DNA of 38,293 nucleotides from Opitutia bacterium. Lineage in GTDB: Bacteria; Verrucomicrobiota; Verrucomicrobiia; Opitutales; UBA953. The stretch covers positions 1 to 38,293 of the forward strand of contig CANHHS010000001.1 in NCBI GenBank assembly GCA_947460445.1, read 5' to 3'. The translations under genes and the position numbers were made by a program. This document shows positions 7,777 through 17,414 of the stretch, one piece after another; the first letter of the stretch is position 1; every line of letters starts with the position of its first letter. The notes beneath the pieces were generated by a model. That model saw only the letters and a list, made by a program, of their open reading frames with translations, was not told the DNA's origin and did not search any database.

Positions 7777-9291
7777 ATGCGCGTCGTGCTGTTACTCTTT
7801 GCGGCGATAACCATTCGTGCCGCCATCGACCCGGCTAGCGTGGTCGTCGTTTTTGCCGAAGGAGATCCTGAGTCTAAAAAACTTGCCGCTGAGTATGCCG
7901 AGCTCCGAAATATTCCGGCAGGCAACTGTGTTGGGTTAAAAATTCCTTCGAGTGAACGCGAAAGTCTTTCGTGGGAGGAATATTCAGGAACCATCCTGAA
8001 TCCACTACGCTCGGCCCTGCTAGAGCGAAAATTTCTTACCGGTAAGCTTGCTTCCGGAACGGATAATTTAGGAAGGCAAAGTTTAACCTTAACGGAAGAG
8101 CCTCGCGTGCGGTGGATCATTCTTTGCCGCGGGCTACCTTGGCGGATTCACCGAAATTCGGGTGCAGATGGAAAAATGTTTGGCCCCTCACCCATCTCAG
8201 AAGCTGCCAGCGTCGACAGCGAATTATGTCTACTGGCCACCGAGGATAATGCCCCGAATGGCCCGGCACCAAATCCTTGGTACGGCCTAAGCGGGAACAC
8301 CGACCCCAAGGAAAGTTCGCGTTTTATTCGAACGGCCCGACTCGATGGACCCACATTGGCTGGGGTTGAGCGTTCCCTCGGTCGTATGTACCAAGCAGAG
8401 AAACTTGGTTTGCGCGGCCGAGCCTACATTGATCAAGGCGGACCCTATGCCGAAGGTGACACCTGGTTCAGCCGGAGTGCAGGCGTCTGTCGCACCTTGG
8501 GGTTTCCCACTGACGTAGAGACCAGCAAAGAGGTCATGAGCACTGACGCTCGGTTTGATGCACCTGCATTTTACTTTGGCTGGTATACTCAGAAGCCCAA
8601 AGGGAAACTAGCGGAGCCTGGTATATTGCTCGCACCGGGAGCAATTGCTCTTCACCTACATAGCTTCTCAGGCCAAGCATTGCACGACCCTCTCAGCGGA
8701 TGGACTGCGGCACTCGTTGAAGCAGGCGCAGCGCTTACTTTTGGTAATGTTGACGAGCCATACCTTACACTAACCGTGCGACCAGACGTGCTCATGCTCG
8801 AGTTAGCACAGGGCCACTGTGCTGGCGAAGCCGCCTGGAGGGCGACGCCCGTGATGAGTTGGATGGGCGTCATTATCGGTGACCCTTTTTATCAACCCTT
8901 CGCACGCACTATACCGCAGCAACTGGACGATCTTTCCGAGAAGCCCGACAACTTATCGATTTACGCATCTCTGCGTGCAGCTGAGCTCATGCGCAACAAG
9001 CCCGACGAGCGTAAAAAAATGCTCGTGGCCAGCTTCTACCAGTCACCCCGGATAGCGCTGCTTCTCGAAATCGCCCGTGATGCGATTGCTGCGGGGCAAG
9101 ACATACCTTGGGACAATCAAGTGCTCAGCTACCTTCCACATGAAGATTACGGGGTCGTTTTAGAGTCTGCCCGGCTGTTGAAATCAAAGGGTAAAACCGC
9201 TCAAGCCAAAGGGTTATATGACCACTTGTTGAGCCGCTTGGGCGCTAATCCCGCAAGGGCCGAAGGCTTAAAAGCCGAAGCACCTCAATAA
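7777..9291 (+). CDS. Secreted conserved hypothetical protein, TIGR03790-like core with helical C-terminal extension
   Basis: Signal peptide MRVVLLLFAAITIRA. The pattern VVVVFAEGDPESKKLAAEYAELRNIPAGN..., ARLDGPT, YFGWY, LHSFSG, TFGNVDEPYL and IIGDPFYQPF matches my memory of the TIGR03790 family. The last 130 aa or so are helical and TPR-like. Confidence 0.4.
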   Translation: MRVVLLLFAAITIRAAIDPASVVVVFAEGDPESKKLAAEYAELRNIPAGNCVGLKIPSSERESLSWEEYSGTILNPLRSALLERKFLTGKLASGTDNLGRQSLTLTEEPRVRWIILCRGLPWRIHRNSGADGKMFGPSPISEAASVDSELCLLATEDNAPNGPAPNPWYGLSGNTDPKESSRFIRTARLDGPTLAGVERSLGRMYQAEKLGLRGRAYIDQGGPYAEGDTWFSRSAGVCRTLGFPTDVETSKEVMSTDARFDAPAFYFGWYTQKPKGKLAEPGILLAPGAIALHLHSFSGQALHDPLSGWTAALVEAGAALTFGNVDEPYLTLTVRPDVLMLELAQGHCAGEAAWRATPVMSWMGVIIGDPFYQPFARTIPQQLDDLSEKPDNLSIYASLRAAELMRNKPDERKKMLVASFYQSPRIALLLEIARDAIAAGQDIPWDNQVLSYLPHEDYGVVLESARLLKSKGKTAQAKGLYDHLLSRLGANPARAEGLKAEAPQ

Positions 9292-9450
9292 AGTCAGGCT
9301 TTACGCTTGCCAGAGGGGGTCTTGGCTGGCTTCTTCAAATCTCCTTTCGGCCCCTTGGCACATGCCAAGAGACTCTCCAAAAGGAAATGTTCACCCAACC
9401 AAACCCCGGACCCGTCCTCGCGACGACCGGGACACACAATAAAAAATAAT

Positions 9451-11163
<1,713 letters not shown>

Positions 11164-11185
11164 GCGTTCATCCAGCTCTCAACAA

Positions 11186-11214
11186 GACCCCAACGAAAGT
11201 TGGGGTCTTTTTTT
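11186..11214 (+). terminator. Rho-independent terminator after rpsA
   Basis: GACCCCAAC-GAAA-GTTGGGGTC is a perfect 9-bp stem with a GNRA loop, followed by TTTTTTT. Confidence 0.9.
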
Positions 11215-11254
11215 GCACCCTTGAGCCAGAAGCCCTCAATGGCATACTTCCCGC

Positions 11255-12538
11255 ATGCTTCACTGGGCCCAAGCCCTCAACTTTTGGCAAATTAGCCTTA
11301 CCCTCTTCTTCGTTTCACTCGCGTTGTGGCTGTGGAGCTTATTCGGTCGACGGAAGCATCAGCAGCTCGCCCAGAATCGTCAGGCGATTCGTGTGCTTGC
11401 CGACGCGATTGCACCGCAACACGGGATCGAAGGAAATAAGGTTGCAGCACTACTCTCACGTGATGGCAGTGATACACTTCAGGCACTGCGCGTCGGTATT
11501 GCGGGCGCACAACGCAGGATCTCCATTGGCACGTACATTCTAGCTCACGACGTCGTCGGCCGAGAAGTCATTGCCTTACTAGCGGCACGGGCACGTACAG
11601 GCGTTGAAGTAAGACTGCTCATCGACGCAGTCGGTAGCCGCATGTTACCCAACTACCGATTAAAAGATCTACGCGCTGCGGGGGTACAAGTTGCACGATT
11701 TAATCCCGTACTTTCTTTACGCACACGCGGCTCAGCAAATTGGCGTAATCACCGTAAGATGGCTATTTTTGATGGCACCACCGCTATCATTGGAGGGCAG
11801 AACCTAGGCGGACAATACATTGGAAGTATGCCATCACGTCGACGCTTTCGCGATGCCTCCTTTCTTATTCAAGGGCCTGCTGCAAATCACCTTGAGCACG
11901 TCTTTCTGACAGATTGGTGCCAGGCACTAAACCTAGACCCCATCGATCTAAAGTCTGTACTCCGCGAAGAGGCACCACGGGTAGCCAAAGACCGTGCTGA
12001 GGTAATTGATTCTGGTCCTGATGCACAATCAGACCCTCTTTGGCAGGCCCTTAATCGCGCAATTGCCAGCGCGCGCACCTCGATTGATATCGTCACGCCC
12101 TACTTCATCCCAGACGCAGTCACACTGACTGCCCTCACCCGCGCGACACGTGAAGGTATTCAAGTTCGCATCATCGTACCGCGTAAATCCGATCATCGAC
12201 TGGCAGATTTTGCCCGTCGTCCCTATTTACGCAAACTCGCCGAAGCGGGCGCAGAGATCCGCTTCTATGGCCCCAGCATTCTTCACACCAAACTGGTACT
12301 CATCGACAAAGTGAAGGCATTCATTGGCTCTGCGAATTTTGACATGCGTTCGTTTTTCCTTAATTACGAAATCACCGTGCTTGTTCAACAAAGCCAAGTC
12401 TGCACCGATATTTCAGGCTACATTGAGGGACTCGCTAAAGAATCGAAAGAGCCCTCACTGTCCTTGATCCGTGGCGCACGTACTTGGCGTGGGCAACAGC
12501 TTGAAAAGTTGGCACGACTTATCGCACCGCTACTTTAA
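11255..12538 (+). CDS. cls: Cardiolipin synthase / phospholipase D family protein
   Basis: N-terminal TM segment (ISLTLFFVSLALWLWSLF). There are two HKD motifs: NHRKMAIFDG...GGQNL and LHTKLVLIDK...GSANFD. Confidence 0.75.
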   Translation: MLHWAQALNFWQISLTLFFVSLALWLWSLFGRRKHQQLAQNRQAIRVLADAIAPQHGIEGNKVAALLSRDGSDTLQALRVGIAGAQRRISIGTYILAHDVVGREVIALLAARARTGVEVRLLIDAVGSRMLPNYRLKDLRAAGVQVARFNPVLSLRTRGSANWRNHRKMAIFDGTTAIIGGQNLGGQYIGSMPSRRRFRDASFLIQGPAANHLEHVFLTDWCQALNLDPIDLKSVLREEAPRVAKDRAEVIDSGPDAQSDPLWQALNRAIASARTSIDIVTPYFIPDAVTLTALTRATREGIQVRIIVPRKSDHRLADFARRPYLRKLAEAGAEIRFYGPSILHTKLVLIDKVKAFIGSANFDMRSFFLNYEITVLVQQSQVCTDISGYIEGLAKESKEPSLSLIRGARTWRGQQLEKLARLIAPLL

Positions 12539-13707
12539 GCCGAAACCAAGAAACTGCGCACGTGCGCAAAGAGGGTTTCGTTGGGCAAAAGAAAAGCGTC
12601 GTGCCCTGCATCGGTCACGATTTCTAAATACGCACCGCGCTTACCAGCAGCTGCTGTGATAGCCTTAACTTCTGAAGGCGGATAGAGCCCATCCGAAGAG
12701 AAGGCTACGGCCAGTACTGACGGGCCGTCTGGCTTAAAGAGTTTACCGGCTGTTGCCCTGCCTGTGAGGTCAAAACGGTCAACCGCACGGGTAATGCGAA
12801 TCAATGCATTCGCATCGAAACGCCGTACAAAGGCGTCTCCTTGATGGCGAAGGTAGCTTTCAACCTGCCAATGAACCGCATCACTTGGTTTAGCACCCGG
12901 GACGGTTTCGCGAGCAAACTTCTTCTCAAAGGCTGCAGGCGAAAGATAAGAGATATGCCCAATCATGCGCGCCACAGCCAAACCGTCATCTGGACCTTCG
13001 CCTGACCGATAATGGCCACCGCGGTAACGTGGGTCGGCTAAAATAGATGCACGCGCAACGGCGTTTAAAGCAAGGGCCAGAGGGGGCTGACGCAAACCAC
13101 ACGCAAGAGTCACAATACGATCGACGGCTTCGGCGTGATCGACCGCCCAAAGCAATGCCTGCATGCCACCCTTGGACCCACCGACAACGGCATGAAGTTT
13201 TTTAATCCCTAAATGTTCAACAAGGCGGCGCTGTGCGGCTACAATATCGCTACAGGTGATTTCAGGAAAATCGCCGCCGTAAGGTTTGCCTGTAGCAGGG
13301 TCATTGGAAAGTGGTCCAGTTGAACCGCGACAGCCACCGAGACAATTCACGCCGATGACAAAAAATGTGTCGGTATCAACCATCTTGCCAGGCCCGACAA
13401 AAGCTTCCCACCAGCCAGGTTTAGTGTCTTCAGGGCTATACTTACCTGCTACATGGTGATCCCCGCTTAAGGCGTGCGGAATAAGGATAGCATTTGAGCG
13501 ACTCGCATTGAGTACGCCGTAAGTTTCGTAACGAAATTCAAGTGCGGGAAGCGTGCCGCCCAATTCAAGCCGTAAAGGCGCCCCTAAAGTGACATCGCAT
13601 GACTTCACAACGCCGACGGAGCGGCCGGGCGAAGCAATGGGGGTGTCATCCGTCATACCGTCAGCCAAGCCACACCCAGGCCTATTGGCAAGCATCGCCC
13701 GTGACAT
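12535..13707 (-). CDS. metX: Homoserine O-acetyltransferase
   Basis: Alpha/beta-hydrolase MetX pattern: HALSGDHHVAG, GGSKGGMQAL (nucleophile elbow), SSDGLYPP and AGHDAFLL. An alternative start at MTDDTP is possible. Confidence 0.9.
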   Translation of the reverse strand: MSRAMLANRPGCGLADGMTDDTPIASPGRSVGVVKSCDVTLGAPLRLELGGTLPALEFRYETYGVLNASRSNAILIPHALSGDHHVAGKYSPEDTKPGWWEAFVGPGKMVDTDTFFVIGVNCLGGCRGSTGPLSNDPATGKPYGGDFPEITCSDIVAAQRRLVEHLGIKKLHAVVGGSKGGMQALLWAVDHAEAVDRIVTLACGLRQPPLALALNAVARASILADPRYRGGHYRSGEGPDDGLAVARMIGHISYLSPAAFEKKFARETVPGAKPSDAVHWQVESYLRHQGDAFVRRFDANALIRITRAVDRFDLTGRATAGKLFKPDGPSVLAVAFSSDGLYPPSEVKAITAAAGKRGAYLEIVTDAGHDAFLLPNETLFAHVRSFLVSA

Positions 13708-13769
13708 AAACTTTCAGGGGGATTCTAAGAAGGTTTGCCCCCCGTCAGGGCATCAACATCAGAGGAGGC

Positions 13770-14240
13770 GTGCACGGCGGACATTCCCACCCAGACGGCG
13801 ACTGCTGTAGCAGCGAATCCCCTGACCGTTCGGCCTCAGCGGTAGAGACTCTCCGACAAAAGGGCCTCCGCATTACCGAAGCGCGTCGGGCCATGATTCG
13901 GACTTTAGCCTTATCCAGCATCCCGCTTTCCGCGGATGCATTACACCAGAAAGTAGGCACAGACAAAGTTGACCGCGTTACCGTCTATCGAAGCCTCGAT
14001 GCTTTTGAACTCGCCGGCGTTGTGCAGCGCCACCCGTTAGAAAAAGGTCGCTCACTGTATGCACTCGCCGCAACCGACCACCATCACCACCACCTTGTTT
14101 GTCGGCAGTGTGGAAAAATTGAGCGATTAAGCAGTTGCGACACAACTGCCATCGAAGCTGCTGCTAAAAAACGCGGCTACACTCAACTGACGCACGTTTT
14201 AGAAATTTACGGACTTTGTCCTACCTGTTCCCATGGCTAA
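13770..14240 (+). CDS. Fur-family metalloregulator (Fur/Zur/PerR type) with His/Cys-rich N-terminal extension
   Basis: GTG start preceded by AGAGGAGG. Winged-helix segment [14 protein letters not shown]...[16 protein letters not shown], then [15 protein letters not shown] and a C-terminal CPTC. The N-terminus reads [13 protein letters not shown]. Confidence 0.8.
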   Translation: MHGGHSHPDGDCCSSESPDRSASAVETLRQKGLRITEARRAMIRTLALSSIPLSADALHQKVGTDKVDRVTVYRSLDAFELAGVVQRHPLEKGRSLYALAATDHHHHHLVCRQCGKIERLSSCDTTAIEAAAKKRGYTQLTHVLEIYGLCPTCSHG

Positions 14241-15918
14241 TTTTCCACGTAAAGCATTCATCTTAGGCGCAGGCTTGGGCACACGCCTTAAACCACTGAC
14301 AGATAAAACCCCTAAACCCTTATTACCGATCGCCGGGGAGCCAATGGTCATGCGTGCCCTTCGGCATCTCATTCGAGCCGGTGTAAACGAGTTTATCATT
14401 AATACGCACCACTGCGCCGAGGTTTGGACGTCAACTTTTCCAACGGGCGAATTTGAGACTGCCAAAATAACTTTTGTCCACGAACCCACGCTCCTGGAGA
14501 CAGGCGGCGGTCTGGCTAACATCGCATCGTTGCTGAACGAAAGCGACATGGACTTAGTTATTTGGAATGGAGACATTCTCTCAGAATGCGATCTTCCCGC
14601 ATTGTTTAACACCCATGTAAAGACAGGGGCAGAGTCGACACTCTTGGTGCGCAAAGAAGGGCCCAATCCAAACGTACGCGTGGACAATAAAGGCGTCGTG
14701 ACTGACCTGCGGAATCGTCTCAACGCCAAAGGCGGAGAGTACCAATACACAGGCATTTGTATCGTCACTCGGAGCTTCGCACTTTCGGTGCCAGCTGTTG
14801 CTGAGTCGCTCGTTGAGCATTTCCTGCGTAGAGTCTCTGAAAAAGCCGGCAGCATCCGGGCTTATCTCGATTCGAGCAGCCAATGGGAAGACATCGGAAC
14901 GCCCGAAGCTTATGAAGCTCTACGAAAGAAACTCGAGCCGCGCATCGCCGTTAGCCTAGAAGAGGCGGCTCACGGACTACGCTGCGACCTCATCGCAGGC
15001 GGAGAAATCGTCCGCGGAGGTTCTGCTCGGAAATTTGCACGATGCCAGTCGGCAACTCATGGCAAAGGCATCCTCTGCGTCGATGATGGTTCAAAACCTG
15101 AGAATCAATTGTATGGCCCGATCGCTCGTACATTGCGGGAGATAGGACTTAATGTGCCCAAGATACTTGCTGAAGATGCTGAACGCGGAGTTCTTTTACT
15201 CGAGGACCTCGGTAGCCAAGACTTACTAGCAACCACACAAGCGGCAACGTTCCCTTGGACGGCTTACGCCTCCGCAATCGAGCAGGTGGCTAAACTCCAC
15301 CGGGAAGGCGCTGCGGCTATACAGACAGCTGGCATCACACTTTCTGAGCCTTTCTCCCCTGCCCTCTATCGCTGGGAACGTGAATACTTTATGGAGCATG
15401 CCACAGCGGGCGCACGGCTTGACCGCGGGGTACAAGATGAAATGGCCTCCCTTGCGACTGAACTCCTTAAAGACCCGGCGGTATGCATTCACCGTGATTT
15501 CCAGTCACAAAATATTCTCATGCACGACACTAGCGCATGGATGATTGATTTTCAAGGCATGCGACTTGGTTCTAGCTTCTACGACTTTGCGTCACTCGCT
15601 TTTGATCCTTACGTAAGAAGAGACGACATGCAGTTATGGCGTGTTGAAATCGAAGACCATGCTCGCGAGGTTTCGGAGTGGAAAGGCTCACGTGATGCCT
15701 TTACCCAACTCTTTACAACGGCTGCTACCCAGCGCCTACTTCAGGCCTGCGGTGCTTACGCTAACCTCGGACGTCGCCAAGGCAGGCCCGACTTCCTTGC
15801 ACACCTTCCCCAAGGGTTAGCTCTCCTCGCCATCGCTGCTTCGCAATGCGGACGTCACCGTCTCGCAAACCTCGCTCGAGAACTCGCTGATCGCGCTCAG
15901 AAGAATAAAGGCAAGTGA
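14233..15918 (+). CDS. Fusion protein: N-terminal sugar-1-phosphate nucleotidyltransferase (MurU-like) + C-terminal anomeric sugar kinase (AmgK-like, APH fold)
   Basis: The N-terminus has [26 protein letters not shown], the NTP-transferase signature. The C-terminal half has [12 protein letters not shown]...[19 protein letters not shown], matching the HRDFHSRNLM / DFQD...YDL.SL pattern I recall for AmgK-type kinases. The start overlaps the Fur-family stop (ATGGCTAA). Confidence 0.65.
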   Translation: MANFPRKAFILGAGLGTRLKPLTDKTPKPLLPIAGEPMVMRALRHLIRAGVNEFIINTHHCAEVWTSTFPTGEFETAKITFVHEPTLLETGGGLANIASLLNESDMDLVIWNGDILSECDLPALFNTHVKTGAESTLLVRKEGPNPNVRVDNKGVVTDLRNRLNAKGGEYQYTGICIVTRSFALSVPAVAESLVEHFLRRVSEKAGSIRAYLDSSSQWEDIGTPEAYEALRKKLEPRIAVSLEEAAHGLRCDLIAGGEIVRGGSARKFARCQSATHGKGILCVDDGSKPENQLYGPIARTLREIGLNVPKILAEDAERGVLLLEDLGSQDLLATTQAATFPWTAYASAIEQVAKLHREGAAAIQTAGITLSEPFSPALYRWEREYFMEHATAGARLDRGVQDEMASLATELLKDPAVCIHRDFQSQNILMHDTSAWMIDFQGMRLGSSFYDFASLAFDPYVRRDDMQLWRVEIEDHAREVSEWKGSRDAFTQLFTTAATQRLLQACGAYANLGRRQGRPDFLAHLPQGLALLAIAASQCGRHRLANLARELADRAQKNKGK

Positions 15919-17408
15919 TCGTGTAACCATTGACGAAGACTAGATTCGTTGCGACGGACCTCTTCTTCGCGCCTACGTCTTTCTTCTTCGCGCTTGGCAA
16001 CTTCTTCGTCTGTTGGCGCAGCCGCACGTACAACGCCACCAGCAGTGATGGGTGCACTACGGTCTTTAACTAAAGGCTGACCCACGGGCTCCTTAACGGC
16101 AACCGGACTCGGTACAGTTTGTGGACTACGCACGACGGGTGTACCGGTTTTTACCGCAAGACTATCGGCGATTTTTATCTCGGGGGTGCGCGGTGGAGTG
16201 ATCGCCTTCGCTGCCGGCGGATTGAGTGTCTCTTTTAAATAACCTGAAGGTTCCCGAGGAGAATGGATGTCAACCTTAGCTGAACTCGCAGACTCGCGAG
16301 CTTGAGGTGCAGAAGGCTCTGAAAGTGACGTGGCGCGACTAGATGTAGATTCAGGCAAGGTTCTCGCTCCTGGGACGACAAGCGACGGGGCTGAGTTGCC
16401 AGACGCAGGTGTTCTAACTTGTGCCGTACTGACAGAAATACCGACGGAGCCAGATGTCGCACTACCTGAGGAAAGAGAGGCTGTAGCGACTGAAAGCGAA
16501 GGTGACGCGACTGTTGAGCCCGCCCTCGACACTTCGCCGGGTGCAATCTGAATAGCCACTGTCTGACCTTGGGCGGTATCGCGTACTTGAGCGCCATGTC
16601 CTGTATCCAAACGAAGGGGAGCGTTTGTATCACTCGAGCTCGCAGAATTACCCGCAGGAACGGTAACAGGAAGTGCGCGAGCACTACCGCTTGATGCTGA
16701 TGCAGTTGCTGGCACCGACAGTGTTGGAGATTGTCCTTCACGTGCAGCCGCCACTCCAGTTGTGGATACGCCGCCAAGTTGCACATTATTTCCGTCCGAC
16801 GCCGGAGAACTCAATGAAGCAAGCTGACCTAAACGTATGGGTGTATTTTTCTCAGGCGTACCGGGAGAACCCAGTGTAGGGTTTAAACCCGTGGAAGAAC
16901 TTTTAACTGCGGATGACTGACCGCCGACATCGCCCAGTGACGGTGCAAGACCTGTACCAGAGGCAATGGCTGGACCAGGAACTGCACCTAAGCGTTGTGG
17001 GCTAGAGTCGACACCGCCAAGCGACGCACCCTTATCGAGAGCCAAAGCTGGCGAACGATCGATTGCTGGCATGGGCAAGCGAAGGGGTTGGCGTAATGGG
17101 TCGGCGGCAATGGCAGGCTTTACGGGTACAACCTTTGCCGATGGTGCAGAAGACGGTACGGATAAAGAGTCTTCAGGTGATTTTTTAACTTCAGTTGCAG
17201 TAGGATTTTTGGGACGAGGGATGGAAGGCTCAGAGGGTGCATCCGCAGGAACGCTCACAGGTTCTGGCGGTGGGCCTCTATCAGGCGAAGTCGCCCCTTC
17301 ACCCCAACCACCATACGGCACACCGTCCACCGGTGATGGTGGCGACATGCAACAACCAGCGAGTGCCAGGAGGGCCGCCAGACTTAACCATGGACGGCTC
17401 TGGTACAT
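15897..17408 (-). CDS. Ser/Pro/Ala-rich low-complexity lipoprotein, unknown function
   Basis: 503 aa with an ATG preceded by AAGGAA. Lipoprotein signal [19 protein letters not shown]. About 440 aa are dominated by S/P/A/T/G/V, and the C-terminal charged helix is [21 protein letters not shown]...LPLFF. The 3' end overlaps the convergent gene by 22 nt. The ORF length argues it is real, but low complexity lowers certainty. Confidence 0.55.
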   Translation of the reverse strand: MYQSRPWLSLAALLALAGCCMSPPSPVDGVPYGGWGEGATSPDRGPPPEPVSVPADAPSEPSIPRPKNPTATEVKKSPEDSLSVPSSAPSAKVVPVKPAIAADPLRQPLRLPMPAIDRSPALALDKGASLGGVDSSPQRLGAVPGPAIASGTGLAPSLGDVGGQSSAVKSSSTGLNPTLGSPGTPEKNTPIRLGQLASLSSPASDGNNVQLGGVSTTGVAAAREGQSPTLSVPATASASSGSARALPVTVPAGNSASSSDTNAPLRLDTGHGAQVRDTAQGQTVAIQIAPGEVSRAGSTVASPSLSVATASLSSGSATSGSVGISVSTAQVRTPASGNSAPSLVVPGARTLPESTSSRATSLSEPSAPQARESASSAKVDIHSPREPSGYLKETLNPPAAKAITPPRTPEIKIADSLAVKTGTPVVRSPQTVPSPVAVKEPVGQPLVKDRSAPITAGGVVRAAAPTDEEVAKREEERRRREEEVRRNESSLRQWLHDHLPLFF

Positions 17409-17414
17409 GATTCC

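Noticed and set aside
9307-9450. N-terminal extension of the rpsA ORF in the track (TTG start at 9307).
   Set aside because: The extension (MPEGVLAGFFKSPFGPLAHAKRLSKRK...) has no S1-like sequence. The ATG at 9451 gives a normal S1 N-terminus. The same logic applies to the TTG-initiated extensions of glyQS (21496..21657) and rpmI (4090..4107), and to the ATG 24139 extension of ilvD, which would overlap scpB.
13708-13769. Possible SAM riboswitch or leader upstream of metX in the metX / Fur-family divergent region.
   Set aside because: Only 62 nt are available. There is a GGGGG...CCCCC hairpin, but nothing resembling the SAM-I or SAM-II conserved cores that I can recognise.
16235-16786. Alternative-frame 183-aa ORF on the minus strand, and + strand ORFs 16330..16551 and 16966..17418, all within the low-complexity lipoprotein gene.
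   Set aside because: The 503-aa frame has a proper lipoprotein signal, an SD-like element and tight coupling to the upstream gene. The alternatives have none of these. Low complexity does mean the choice of frame should be confirmed experimentally.
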